Origin: Octopus sinensis
Taxonomy: Eukaryota
Length of the DNA stretch: 64,000 nucleotides
Direction of reading: 5' to 3'
NCBI RefSeq assembly: GCF_006345805.1
Contig: NC_043001.1
Coordinates: 130,324,001 to 130,388,000 of the forward strand
A model generated the notes under the pieces. The model saw only the letters and a list, made by a program, of their open reading frames with translations, searched no databases and was not told the DNA's origin. The position numbers and the translations under genes are program-made. This document shows, piece after piece, positions 11,478-24,825 of the stretch. Position 1 is the first letter of the stretch. Each line of letters opens with the position of its first letter.

Positions 11478-12625
11478 CAGGGTGCATAAGGTATTTGGGA
11501 ACATAACTTTTTGGGGTCACTGCTGCATTTTTGCTAACTCTGTATAATCTTTGTTTCAGAAAATAATAATGGCAGACCCTCAGCTTACTCAAGAAATGAA
11601 GAGGCATGCTGTTATTGTGGTTATAAAGGCTGAGCCTAATGATTTACAAATATCTCAATTTTTAAAGGTTTCCAGACAAAGTTTGTAAGGAGCTAGAGAA
11701 GATGGAAATGTATCACCAATAATATCAAGGCATAAAAAGCATCCTAAATACTCTGAAATCATCAGAACACCTGAATCTATCCAGCAAGTTAGATCATTGA
11801 TTACAATCCTAGAAAATTGATGAGGTTAATTGCAAAAGATCTCCATGTCAGAAGGAACAAGCAAAAGAAAATCACTACATCAGATTTAAAAGGCTCCTAA
11901 ACAAACTGAAAAATCTAGCAGATTTGATTTGCTTTTTCTCAGATGAGTTAATAGAAGAAATGACAGATTGTTATGTGCAGACCCCTCTGAAGTTCCAAGT
12001 GTTGTGCATACAAAATTTCCTGTAACTGCCATAGTTTTAGGGGTTGTCAGCAATGAAGGACATGTGATACCTCCTTACTTCTTTCCACAAGGCCTTAGAG
12101 TTAACTCTGCTGCCTACACTGAGGTTCCGGAAATAATTGTTAAGCCCTGGATAGACAGTGTATATACAATGGAAAGTTATATGTGTTTCAGGAAGACTTT
12201 GAATTATCACACATGGCTCTAGTAATATAGGAATGGATGGCTGAAAAAAATTTTCATGATCACATATTTCCAAACATTTGACCTCTTAATTCCCCAGACC
12301 TCAATCCATTGGACTATTACATGTGGAGCATTGTTGAGATAGAGGTCAATGAACTCGCCCATAACACCAAAAATTTTTTGAAAGCTGCCATAGTCAGAAT
12401 AATGTCCAAAATGAACCAGGACCACTTGATTCGAGCATGTAGGTGATTTAGATCTCATATAGAAGCAGATGTTGAAGCTGAAAGTGGCTTTATTTAATAA
12501 CATTATAGAAAAGAAGGTTTATTTTTAGCCTCATAGCATTTTTTGATAAATAAAGTCATTATCTGTTATTATATAGCTGTTCTATTATAATCATATATCT
12601 GTCCTCAAATATCATACGCACCCTG
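11478..12625 (+). mobile_element. Tc1/mariner DNA transposon, maT (DD37D)-like, near full length, transposase pseudogenised
   Basis: TA TSDs; TIRs cagggtgcataaggtatttgggaaca / tgtcctcaaatatcatacgcaccctg. Motifs FFSDE, VLGVVSNEGHVIPPYFFPQGLRVN, FQED and SPDLNPLDYYMW. D-D spacing reads 38, with an A-run that may have added a codon. Stops and frameshifts present. Confidence 0.92.
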
Positions 12626-12637
12626 TATATATATATA

Positions 12638-12957
12638 TTCAGCAAAAACAAATAAGATCCAAGTGAATTCCAATGAATTCAAATGAATATGGTACTTAAC
12701 TTAGATGCACCAGAATTCATTTATGGTATTAATTTAAGTCTGCCTATAATTTGACTTTAAATTCCATAGAACTCACTCCTAATACTTCATGAGGAAAATC
12801 AAACTCTCTAGGATGTCTGGAAAACATATATATGATTTAGCTGATGAATACTGGACATTTGTATTTGCTGCAATATTTGCACCTCAAATAAAATTGTTCT
12901 TAGTATGAAACAATTGTACTAAACTACTAATCCATTCTTGTTGCTTTTTTCTTGGTT
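12638..12957 (+). mobile_element. About 320-bp non-coding element flanked by (TA)n on both sides, carrying a hammerhead
   Basis: 5' motif ttcagcaaaaa..ttcaaatgaatatggtacttaa.ttagatgcaccagaattc and 3' tail cattcttgttgctt are shared with the minus-strand element at 45081-45518. Confidence 0.7.
12836..12923 (+). ncRNA. Minimal type I hammerhead ribozyme (intact consensus)
   Basis: Stem I tttag(12836-40)/ctaaa(12919-23); core CTGATGA 12841-47; stem II atact/agtat; GAAA 12907-10; stem III AC-aatt-GT (palindrome acaattgt); cleavage triplet GTA, cut after 12918. Confidence 0.88.
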
Positions 12958-13009
<52 letters not shown>

Positions 13010-13436
13010 AGGTCTCTCACATTGCTTATTCTTTTGCTGAATGCTTTTCTGAAATTTCTTTAGTTCCTAAATATCACCTGAGTTGGGAGTATGAGAAGAA
13101 GGTAGCTGTTCTTAAGGCAAAACATTTTTAGAGTGTCAACATCAATTCCAGGTGTCTCATAGAATATAATTGCAGAAACCTGGCCATTGATCTCTGTACA
13201 GATTATTGAGATCTCTCCTATTCATTGTGCCATGCCACCTTTATGATGAGGGATGGAAGTGGGCCTATTTTATATATATTCCCCTTGTCACACCAACTTT
13301 ATCTTTTAATTACCATGATGCCTACCACAAGGAATTACATTGGATCTGTTTTTACTATACTGCCAGTCATCACTCCTTCTTCATCAGGACATCTGTTATT
13401 CATCACTCTGTCTTACCATAGTCCACCTCAATTATC

Positions 13437-13501
13437 GTAATTAACTGATCCCCCCTGTATTTTCTCTTACCCAAAGCCAGGAACTTTTCAGCACCCCCTC
13501 G
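13437..13501. mobile_element. Solo terminal end of a mariner-derived MITE
   Basis: aaagccaggaacttttcagcaccccctcg followed by TA; resembles a mariner TIR; partner end not found. Confidence 0.6.
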
Positions 13502-14604
13502 TATAAAACTCAGAGTTTTATCATAGCTACTGAATAATTGTCACATATTGCATTACATTTACAGATAAATTCCTCTATTTACATAATATCGAGGTCTCTT
13601 TCTTTCTTATGTTGTCTTACCGTTTTTATCAATATATATATATTCACACATATATATATATACACATATATACATATATGTGTGTGTATGTATGTATGTA
13701 TATATATATATATATTATATATATATGCAAACATTTATTAATGATAGCCCCTATTGTTTAAAACTTCCCAATGCACAGATAACTGTATAACACTATGTAA
13801 TAAGTACCAAAGATTTCACATTACTTCATGCACATGGACACACACCACACACATATTTAAATGAAAGCATATGCAGGTGCACACATAAAAACAAATACAC
13901 ATACAGCTACACACATATACACACTCAAATACACACTCACACATGGATGATCGTAAACAGCCTCATTTGACATACTGCTGTCATATTTGTATGTTTCCCT
14001 ATTCACCTCAATCATTAAAACTGTTTATCTACAAAAATATGACTTAAACTTTTAATTTTCATTTATTCATATACATATTATATATTTTCCTCACCATTTT
14101 CTAACTCCAGTAATCTTAATGTCTTTATTATACATATTCTTTATTATTGCTCCGAACATCACCAGTATTTGACATTATTGTTTACCTTGTTGTTATTGTT
14201 ATAACGTAGGTGTTGACTTGTGATCATAATTTGTTTTCATGTTGATTACTCGCATATTTTTTTTTTTTATTAAGGTTTCTGCATAAAATTTTATTTAATT
14301 TTACTAAATAAACCTGGAAGATAATATTAAATGGATCTATTTGGACCGATCATTCGTTGTTATGAACAATTTCTTATCTATGATGCAGAATATGTATTCA
14401 TACACAGACATACATGCATATTCCCATTCATGTCATGCAAATTTTTATCTATGTTGAAGAATATATGTGTGTATGTGTGTGAGTGTGTGTGCGTGTGTGT
14501 GTGCGTGCATGTGTGTGTATAAATGTTATTATTATTGTGTATGTAAACATCTATGCTATGTTATGAATTTATATATATTCGTGCAGTACCTTACCATTTC
14601 TCTT

Positions 14605-14641
<37 letters not shown>

Positions 14642-14785
14642 TTATAGTTACATATATACACACACACAATTACATATTGATACTGATCTTATGTTTGGAT
14701 GAATACATTTATTTATCTGCATATATTAATGTGTGTGTATATATATATATACATACATACAAACATATATATGTACATATCTATG

Positions 14786-14820
<35 letters not shown>

Positions 14821-14870
14821 TATGTATATATATATATATATGCATGTATAGCTTTCTGTCTGTGTGTGTG

Positions 14871-14907
<37 letters not shown>

Positions 14908-15622
14908 GTATATGTGTATATAATATATATATATATATATACTATATATATATATATATAAGTATATATATGTGTGTTTGTGTGTGTGCATAGGTATTTA
15001 TACATGTTTACACAAATACTTGTATATGTATCATCATGAGAGCTATTTCAATACAATATCTTAACGCAAGTTGTGCTGTGAAAAACACAATAGAGTATGA
15101 GTTAAGCTATATTGGGTGCCCGAGGCTCACGGAGCAGGTTTCAATTACACGCAGCAGAAATCAAATCCCTTTACATCAATTATTATTATCCTTTTAGAGG
15201 TATAGTCTACTGCTTCTTTTACACTACAAACATAGAAAAGTTTTGGTGGCATCCAGAAGGAATAAAGGCCCTCTTGTTAATACTTTAATGCTCCTCTAAA
15301 ATATGTATCAGACAATGCATGTATATACATATATGTGTGTGTATGTGTGTGTGTATAGAGAGAGAGAGGAGGGAGAAAGCGACTGACAGAGTGACAGATA
15401 AATATATATATATACACATACATACCAACATGCATGCACACCTATATATTTATACAATGATTATATATTTATATACACACTCATCTACATATATACATAT
15501 GTATATACACACCTACACATATGAAGATGTATGCATACATACATATATACACATATGCATACATACATATGTACACATGTATGCACACACACATACACAC
15601 ATATATGTGTACAGTATATATA

Positions 15623-16570
15623 GAGGAGCTGGACAAAATAATGGAAACACCTTAAAATTTCAAACAAATTCATTTTAATATGGGGTAGGACTGCCTTTAG
15701 CAGTAATTACAGCTTGAATTCTATGAGGTATTGAATTGTTTCCAAAGGAATTTTTGTCCATTTTTCAGCTAAAACAGCATCTAGTTATTGTAGTGATAAT
15801 GGCAAAGGATATCAACTCCTTACTTGTTTTTCTAAAATGCACCATAAATGTTCAATAATATTGAGATCTGGGGACTGTAGTGGTCACATAAGATGTTCAA
15901 CTTCACTAGAATGTTCCTTGTGCCATTCAGTAACAACTTTAGCTGTGTGAATTGGTGCATTATCATCCTAAAAGATTGTGTTTCCCTCCGGAAACAGTTC
16001 TGCAACCATAGGATGAATTTAATCAGATAAAATGCTTAAATAGTCTTGACTATCAATTCTGCCATGAAGGAAAACCCTTGGGCTGGCGGATTTCCAAGAT
16101 ATGGCCCCACAAAATCATCACAGATCCTTTTCAATGTTTAACAGTTGGAAGAAAATAGTCAGGGTCAAATGTTTCTTTTGGCTCTCTCCACATGTATACT
16201 CGGCCGGTGGTTGGAAATAAGGTAAAGGATGACTCGTCTGAGAAAATAACATTCTTCCACTGCTCTAGTGACCAATTATGTAGGTTATTACTCCACTCTA
16301 AATGCTTTGCAACATTTTTTATGAAAGTAGTGGTTTTCTGATTGCAACCTTCCCATGAAATCTGGCTTTGTGCAGCTCCCAGCGAACAGTTTTTGTGGAA
16401 ACTGGATTCTCGAGGTGGTTATTAAGCTCTGCTGTAATTTTGGGAGCTGTACTTTGTGATGCCTTAAAAATGTTGTGTTAGCATGCATTTTCGGAGATCT
16501 TAATTTCAATGATAGTTTCTATATCTTAATATGTTAAGACAACAGAAACAATTATTGGCCTTGTATGGTG
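15623..16570 (-). mobile_element. Tc1-like transposon, decayed, one TIR visible
   Basis: Minus-strand remnants DDNAPIHTAKVVTEWHKEHSSEVEHLM.PLQSPDLNIIEHLW (DD34E type); TIR-like ggacaaaataatggaaacacc at the left end. Confidence 0.85.
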
Positions 16571-16635
16571 AATTCTACAATTAAAGATGTGATTTTTCTC
16601 TTTATGTATTTTTGTTTTGCACATATGCATGTATC

Positions 16636-16679
<44 letters not shown>

Positions 16680-16799
16680 GTATGTATTATATCATGTATG
16701 TAATATATTTATATATTACACTGTACACAATTATTATTATTATTATTATTATTATTATAAATGGTTACATATAGGCAAAAGCATGGCCGTGTATATATA

Positions 16800-17225
16800 A
16801 GCGCAGGTGTGGCTGTGTATATAAGTACAGGCATGGCTGTGTGGTAAGAAGCTTGCTTCCCAACCAAATGGTCCTGGGTTCAGTCCCACTGTGAGGTACC
16901 TCGGGCAAGTGACTTCTACTATAGCTTCAGGCCAACCAAAGCCTTGTGAGTGGATTTGGTAGACAGAAATTGAAAGAAGCCTGTTGTATATATGTGTGTG
17001 TGTGTGTCTGTGTGTATTTGTGTATATACGTCTACCATCACTTGACAACCAATGTTGGTGTGTTTATGTCCCCATAACTTGGCAGTTTGGCAAGAGACCG
17101 ATAGACCGATAGAATAAGTACTAGGATTAGAAAAATAAGTCCTGTGGTCAATTTCTTTGATTAACACCCTTTAAGGCAGTGTTCCAGCATGGCCACAGTC
17201 AAATGACTGAAAAGAGCAAAAGAAT
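16800..17225 (+). mobile_element. SINE family A with duplicated head
   Basis: Two consecutive caggt/catggctgtgt heads, then the standard body and tail. Confidence 0.85.
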
Positions 17226-17990
17226 AAAAAAATGTATGCATGAAGTTTGCAAATGCATGTTATAACTTTCCAGTTAGAGATTTATGGTCAATCTTGTACA
17301 ATGTATGTCATAGAGATAAAATGGATTAACCGCAAAATGAAAATAGACAGAATTCGAATTGAGAACATACATGAATATCCTCAAATATCACAAAGTATTT
17401 CTGTCTGGTCCTCTACAGATTTAGCCATTGATCTACTTGTTTTTTTATGCAAAGATCAGATGGAAGGGTGAAAATAAAAAGACAAAATAATACATGTTGA
17501 AGGAAAGTGAAAGTAAAAATTATGTCAAACCAATGTAATATGTCTTATGAAAAAGTGACGAAGGCACACATTCTCACACTTGTTTTCCTTCTGTAAATTT
17601 GTAGCCCTTTACCGAAGAAATAAATCAAATAAATCAATAATTCTTTCGTAGGTATATTGGCTCCTTAGAATGATTTAACAACAAAATGTTGAACAGCAGC
17701 ACAAACGGCTAAGAACTTGATAGATTAATTTAACATTTGCATAAATTATTTTTTGTAAGGGTGGAGGCTGGTATTTTGTATGTTATAATTTATTTATGTG
17801 TATCATATATTCATTTATTTTCGCATTTGAAGTGTAAAACTTATGTTAATCTTTAGTTAAAAGGTGTAATAGATAATTTCCGTCAATTTTCATTAATAGA
17901 AAAATAAGTTATTCATTTGCTGCATTTTTTTTCTGTGTCTTAAGCAATCTTCATAAACAATTTATCACTCTAAATGTATTCATACATACG

Positions 17991-18034
<44 letters not shown>

Positions 18035-18473
18035 AATATAATGGAATATGTATATGTATATGTAATATCTATGAGTACATTATATATGTGTGTGCGTATC
18101 TAATGTAGATGTTCTTGAAATATAAATGTACATATGCATGTATACAAATGATAAATTAATGTAAGTATATAAATTATAACTGCATTTATGCATACATTAT
18201 TCAAAGACACATACACACACAGATACACACACAGAGTATATAATGTGTCCTTATTTAATGTAAATGCATATATATATATATGTGTGTGTGCGTGTGTGTG
18301 TGTAATCTGTACAACCTCAAACATACACACATATATATATGCCTAAAATATAAACATGTGTATAATAGGTATATTTAATGTTTATAAGCGCAAATATTTA
18401 TGTTTACATATTGCAAAGTTATGTATGCATAAAATTTGCAAAATGTGTCTATATTTTATAATTACATCTTTAT

Positions 18474-18522
<49 letters not shown>

Positions 18523-19399
18523 GTGAATGTACATAATGTAGATTCATGCATGCATATGCAAGGTAATAAAAATACATGCACTTATGTGTAGCTACTTAAA
18601 TTTATCTTTATGTAAATATGTCATATATTTTATACATGCTCACATAATGTATATCTATATAAATTACTTTCATGTATTCATGTATTTTTATATATGTAAA
18701 TTTTCACCAAAATTTAATAAGCAAAAGAAAACACTGTGTATATTAAAATCTAAGTTGACTTCTTACACGTTTTTATTATTTGTATTTATTATTTAAGCAA
18801 TTTATATTATCAATAAGGACATGTATTTTAGACAACCTTAAGGAAACAAAACAATATTTGACATTTTTACCTCTTATCCTTGTTGTTGTTATTATTGTTA
18901 TTACTGTAGTAGATTAGCAGAATCAATGAAGCATCACATAAACTACCTCATGGGACTTGTCATGGCTTTCTACATTCTGATTTCAAATCCTAAAGAGGTC
19001 AATTTTGCTTTACACTTTTCCAAGTCAACAAAGTAGTCAACCTGCTAAATAACACAGTTGATATAATTAACACACCCCTCCACAACCTTGCCAATCTCCC
19101 CTACCTCTCACCTCGCCAAAATTTACTGGTCTTTTGCTTATGCTAGAAGCAATCATTTAGATGACTGTGAGTTGGAAGAATTGTAAGAACATTGGACATG
19201 ATACCTTGCTGTGTTTAATCTGGTTCTTTACACTGTGCATTTGAATCCTGCCAAAGTGAACTTTGGCCTTTGTCATTCCAGAGACAAATAAAATAGAATA
19301 CCAGTTAAGTACTGGGGTTGATGTAACTGATGAGCCCCTTCACTTCAAAACACCTGGCAGTGTGCCTCATTTAGAAACAATTATTATTATTATTATTAT

Positions 19400-19628
19400 T
19401 ATTCATTGTTTAGTGTCCGCTTTCCATGCTGGCATGGGTTGGACGGTGCAACTGGGGTCTGAGAAGCCAGAAGGCTGCACCGGGCCCAGTCTGATCTGGC
19501 AATGTTTCTACAGCTGGGTGCCCTTCCTAACGCCAACCACTCCATTATTATTATTATTGTTATCGTTATTGTTATTATTATTGTTATCGTTATTATTGTT
19601 GTTGTTATTATTATTATTATTATTATCA

Positions 19629-19659
<31 letters not shown>

Positions 19660-20172
19660 TATTATTATTATAAGGTGATCTGGCAGAATTGTTAGGGCTC
19701 TGGGCAAAATGCTTAGTGGCATTTTGTCTGTCTTCATGTTCAGAGATCAAACTTTGCTGAGGTCAACTTTGCTTTTCATCCTTTTGGGATCAATAAAACA
19801 AATAATTGTAGTTGTGGCCGATGCCAGTGCCACCTGACTGGCTCTCATGCTGGTGGCACACAATAAGCACCATTTATGCGTGGGTCACTGCCAGTGCTGC
19901 CTGACTGGCTTCCCATGGCAGTGACACATAAAAAGCACCATCTGAATGTGGTCATTGCCAACTCCATCTACCTTGACTATCTTCTGTGCCGGTGGCATGT
20001 AAAAAGCACCCACTACACTCTCGGAGTGGTTGTCTTTAGGAAGGGCATCCAGCTGTAGAAACATTGCCAAATCAGGTTGGAACCTAGTGCAGCCTCCTGG
20101 CTTGCCAGTCTCCAGTCAAGCCATCCAACCCATGCCAGCATGGAAGATGGACGTTAAACAATGATGATGATC
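19400..20172. mobile_element. Two family D elements (RTE-type tail ending in (GAT)n) in opposite orientation, plus a SINE B fragment
   Basis: 19400-19542 (-) and 19812-20172 (+) share ggaagggcatccagctgtagaaac..aacccatgccagcatgga..ggacgttaaac. Confidence 0.8.
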
Positions 20173-20214
20173 ACACACACACACATCCACATATATAACA
20201 CACACATACACACA

Positions 20215-20257
<43 letters not shown>

Positions 20258-21249
20258 ATATTATAATACAAATGGGGAAGGCCATAAAGGGCTTATCTTT
20301 ATGGCGTATCATCAAATCCTGAGCTAACAGGTCTTGAGATCTGATGATATTCCATACAGTTAAACCTTTTATCCCATAAACCAGCCTTCCCTATTTTTAA
20401 TATAACATATACTGCTCTACATCTTTGAGTGTGCTTCTTTTTGATTTATGTTTTTACAGATTTATGTGGTGTGTTGGGGTGTGTGTGTGTGTGTGTGCGT
20501 GCGTATATTTATATATGGTATATATATATATATATATATAATATACACACAAGTAAGTTTATTTCAGTGTCTGTCTACTAAATCTACTCACAAGGCATTG
20601 GTCAGCTTGAGGCTACAATAGAAAGCATTTGTATATGATGCCCCTCACTGGGATGGAACCCGGAACCAAATGGTTGGGAAACAAGCTTCTTTCTACACAG
20701 CCACACCTGTACCTGAATAAATTTCACATTCATATTTCTATTTAAATTTTTGATTGTTGTTTTTATAATTATAATACATTTTGTATTGACTATTCTTACA
20801 ATGTTAGTGCAAAACAAGAGATATTTACATATAAAAAAGAAAAATATGTATTAATTTTCTAGTACAAACTGTCAGCCAATCAGTATAGGACAATGTATTA
20901 AAAGGTCTTAAATATACATTCATAAAATTTGTTCCATTTTCCAATAAGCATTTGAAGATCGGCAACTTAGTGAAATGCTTTGTGACGTTTCAGCTTATAA
21001 TAAATTACAAACCACCCTAATTATAATAACGAACACTGTTTTTTTTTTTTTCAATTGAATTCATATGAATCCATTTATCTCACTCTCACACACACACACA
21101 TACATACATACACACACGCACATACACACACACACACACAAATACACATAAATGTACAAAGGTAGAAACAAATGCACATACAGTTACACAAATCAACAAA
21201 TATATTGTTTTAAGTTCCTCCTCTTTTCCCCCTGTTACCTTTTGGACAT

Positions 21250-22342
21250 TTGATGTCTAATCAATGTCATTTTACTGAGGAGAGGGATGAGAGAAAGAGA
21301 GAAGAGGATGATGGGGAGTAAGTGTCTAAGTGTTTGTGTGGAAGTGAAGAGGAAGGGAGAAAGTAATTGAAAGAAGGGATGAATACTAAGAGAAGTAGTG
21401 AGAAGAAGATGAAGAGAGAGAAAAAGAAAGAAAGAAAGAAAGAAAAAGGAATGGTGAAGTAAAACAGTGAAAGACAATTCTAAAAAAAAAGGTAGAGAGG
21501 AAGCAGAGAGGGAGAGCAAAAGTGAGAATGGTAAAATGAGGGAGATAGAGCGAGGGGGATGAAGAGTGAAAGAGAAAATGTTTGTGAAAGAAAGCTGTTA
21601 TAAAAACAGAGATAAAAGGAGTGAGAGAGGAATAAAAGAAAAAGAGTCAAAGATTGAGAGAAAATAAGAGAGAGAGAGAGTGAGAGAGAGAAAACAAGAG
21701 CCAAAAGAGTGGAAAAGAACAAGAAAAAGAGGAAAAAGAGAGTGAAGAAAAGAAGAGAATGAGGAAAGAGAGAAAGAGTAAATAGAGCTAAGAAAGGGAG
21801 AGAGAGGAGTAAAAGAATTAAGATAGAGTAAAATAGTGATACAGAGCAGGTGGGCATAAAATTAAAGCAAAAAATTAAGGTAGAAAGTGAGAGAGAAGAG
21901 AGAGTAAAGGGAAAAATTGAAATGGATAGAGAAAGTGAAAGTACGAGAAAGAGCAACAGAGAAAGAAGAGAAGAGAAAGTAAAGAAATTAAAAAGAAAAA
22001 AGAGAAAGAAGTGAGAAGAGAAAGGGGAGATAAAACAAAGAGAAAAGAGAGAAGAGCAAGAGAAGAGAAAGAAACAAGAGCGAGAAGAGGAAAAGGAGAA
22101 AAAAGAATAGAAAAGAGAGAGAAGAGAAAAGGAAGGAAGCAAAAGAGAAGGGAGGGAGAAGGAAAAAGAGCAGTGAGGGGAGAGAGAGAGAGAGAGAAAG
22201 GAAAAAGAAGAGAAAGATGTTGAAACTGAGAAGAAGGAAGAGAAAGGAAAAAAAGAAAGATTAAAAAAGAGATGAGAACGAGAAGAGACTGAAAAGAAAG
22301 AGAAAGAAAACCAGAAGCGAGAGAAAGGCAGTCACTGTAAGC

Positions 22343-22385
<43 letters not shown>

Positions 22386-22560
22386 AAGAGAGTGAGTTAA
22401 AGAACTAGGAAGAAAGAAAGACAGGGAATCAAACAGAAAGATTGAGAGAAATGGTGCATGAATGAATGGCCAAAAAAAGAAAAAGAAAGGAAGACGAAAG
22501 AAAGAGACTAAGTAAAATAGAAAGAGAGAAAGTGAGTGAGTACAATAAAAAAAAAATGTA
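21250..22560 (+). repeat. About 1.3-kb polypurine (GA-rich) low-complexity tract
   Basis: Almost only A/G on the plus strand; explains the L/S/F-rich ORFs at 21235-22589. Confidence 0.95.
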
Positions 22561-22774
22561 CTTCTAAGTACACAAGTGCAATAATGCAATAATAAAATGT
22601 AACAACCTAACTAACAGAATAAAAAGCTTGTTTAGTCAATTTGTCAATCAATTACTGTTATTTCAAAATGAGGCAACAATTTTACCTAATTTGCTATTTT
22701 GTTTTCTTTTTCTAAAACTTATAAAAAAATAATTCTATTTGTTTTATCCATTATTATTATTATTATTATTATTA

Positions 22775-24675
22775 AGGCAGTGAGCTGGTAGTATCGTTAG
22801 CACGGTGGGCAAAATGCATAGAAGTATTTTGCTTGTCACTACATTTTTAGTTCAAATTCCGCTGAGGTCGACTTTACCTTTCATCCTTTCGGGGTCAATA
22901 AATCAAGTACCAGTTATGCACTAGTGTCGATGTAATCGACTGGTTCCCTCCCCAAAAATTTCAGGTCTTGTGCCTATAGTAGAAAGGATTACAAATTCTG
23001 CTGAGGTTGACTTTGCCTTTCATCATTTCAAAGTCAATGAAATAAGTACCGGTTATGCCCTGGGGTCGATGTAATCGAGTAGCCCCCTCCCACTAAATTT
23101 CAGGCCTTGTGTAGAAAGGTTTATTATTACTATTATTAAGTCAGCAAGCTGACAGAATAGTTAGCACGCCAGGAAAAATGCTTAGCAGCATTTTGTTCTG
23201 AGCTCAAATTCCACCAAGGGTAACATCCTTTTGGGGTCATTGAAATAAGTAGCAGATAATTACTAGGGTGAATATAATCGACCAGTCCCCTCTCACAAAT
23301 TTTCAGGCCTTGTGCCTTTAGTAGAAAGGATTATTATCATTATTACTAAGGTGGTGAGCTGGCAGAATAGTTAGCACGTTGGGCAAAATATTTTGTCCAT
23401 TGCTATGTTTTTAGTTCAAATTCTGCCAAGGGCAACTTTGTCTTTCATCCTTTCGGGGTTGATAAATTAAGTACCAGTGAAACACTGAGGTTGATATATA
23501 TTTCTTTACTACCCACAAGGGGCTAAACATAGAGGGGACAAACAAGGACAGACAAACAGATTAAGTCGATTACATCGACCCCAGTGGGTAACTGGTACTT
23601 AATTTATCGACCCCGAAAGGATGAAAGGCAAAGTTGACCTTGGCAGAATTTGAACTCACAACGTAACAGCAGACGAAATACCACTAAGCATTTCGCCCGG
23701 CGCGCTAACGTTTCTGCCAGCTGGGTTGATATAATTGACTTACCTCCTCCCTTGACATTACTGGCTTTGTGCCAAAATTTGAAACCATTATTATTATTAT
23801 TATTATTATTAGGGCAGAAAAAGTGCTAAGCGGAATTTCTTTTGGCTCTTTTGTGTTCTGAGTTCAGATTCTGTTAAGGTCAACTTTGCCTTTCATTCCT
23901 TTGGGGTTCGATAAAATAAGTATCAGTTGAACACAGTGAAGTTGACATAATCAACTAGCCCCTGGCCACAAAACTGTGCCTAAAGCAGAAAGGATAGTAA
24001 TTACAGAGGTGGAAAGCTGGCAAAAATGCTAACAAGCCAGACAATGTAATTAGCACCATTTTGTCTGTCTTTATGTTCTGAGTTCAAATTCTGCTGGGGT
24101 TGACCTTGTCTTTCATCCTTTTGGGGTGGTTAAGATAAGTACCAATCAAATACTGGGGTCAATGTAGTCAACTCTCCCTTCCCCTAAATAACTGCTGGCC
24201 CACAGCCAAAATTTGAAATCATCATCATCACCATTAAGGTGCTGAGCTGGCAGGAAGAATTTTAAGCACAGTGAGTAAAATATTTAGTGGCATTTTGACA
24301 TTCGGCACATTCTGAGCTCAAATATAGCTGGGGTCAACATTACATTTTATCCTCCTGGAGTTAATAAAACGAACACCAGTTAAACACTGGAGTCAATGTA
24401 ATCGACTAACCCCCTCACCTCAAATTTCAGGTGTTGTGCCTATAGTAGAGAGTATCATCATCATCATTATCATTATTATAAAGGCGGTGAGCTGGCAGAA
24501 TTCCTTTGTGGTATTTCACCTGTCGCTACATTCTGAGTTCAAATTGTGCCAAGGTTGACTTTATCTTTCATCCTTTTGGAGTCGATAAATTAAGTACCAG
24601 TTGAGTACTGGAGTCGATGTAATTGACTATCTCCCTCCCCTAAGTTTCAGGCCTTGCGCCTATAATAGAAAGGAT
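22775..24675 (+). mobile_element. Head-to-tail cluster of about 8 SINE B copies separated by (ATT)n/(ATC)n, with one nested inverted copy
   Basis: Repeated heads (aaggcagtgagctgg, aagtcagcaagctg, aaggtggtgagctgg, aaggtgctgagctgg, aaggcggtgagctgg). Inverted insert at 23499-23723 with TSD ggttgatata (23489-98 and 23724-33). Confidence 0.88.
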
Positions 24676-24677
24676 TA

Positions 24678-24733
<56 letters not shown>

Positions 24734-24739
24734 GTCATA

Positions 24740-24784
<45 letters not shown>

Positions 24785-24790
24785 GTTATA

Positions 24791-24825
<35 letters not shown>

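Noticed and set aside
13330-13400. Minus-strand CTGATGA at 13380-13386
   Set aside because: No intact GAAA or stem III downstream.
21480-22142. 220-aa hydrophobic ORF resembling a membrane protein
   Set aside because: Reverse complement of a GA-rich tract; purely compositional.
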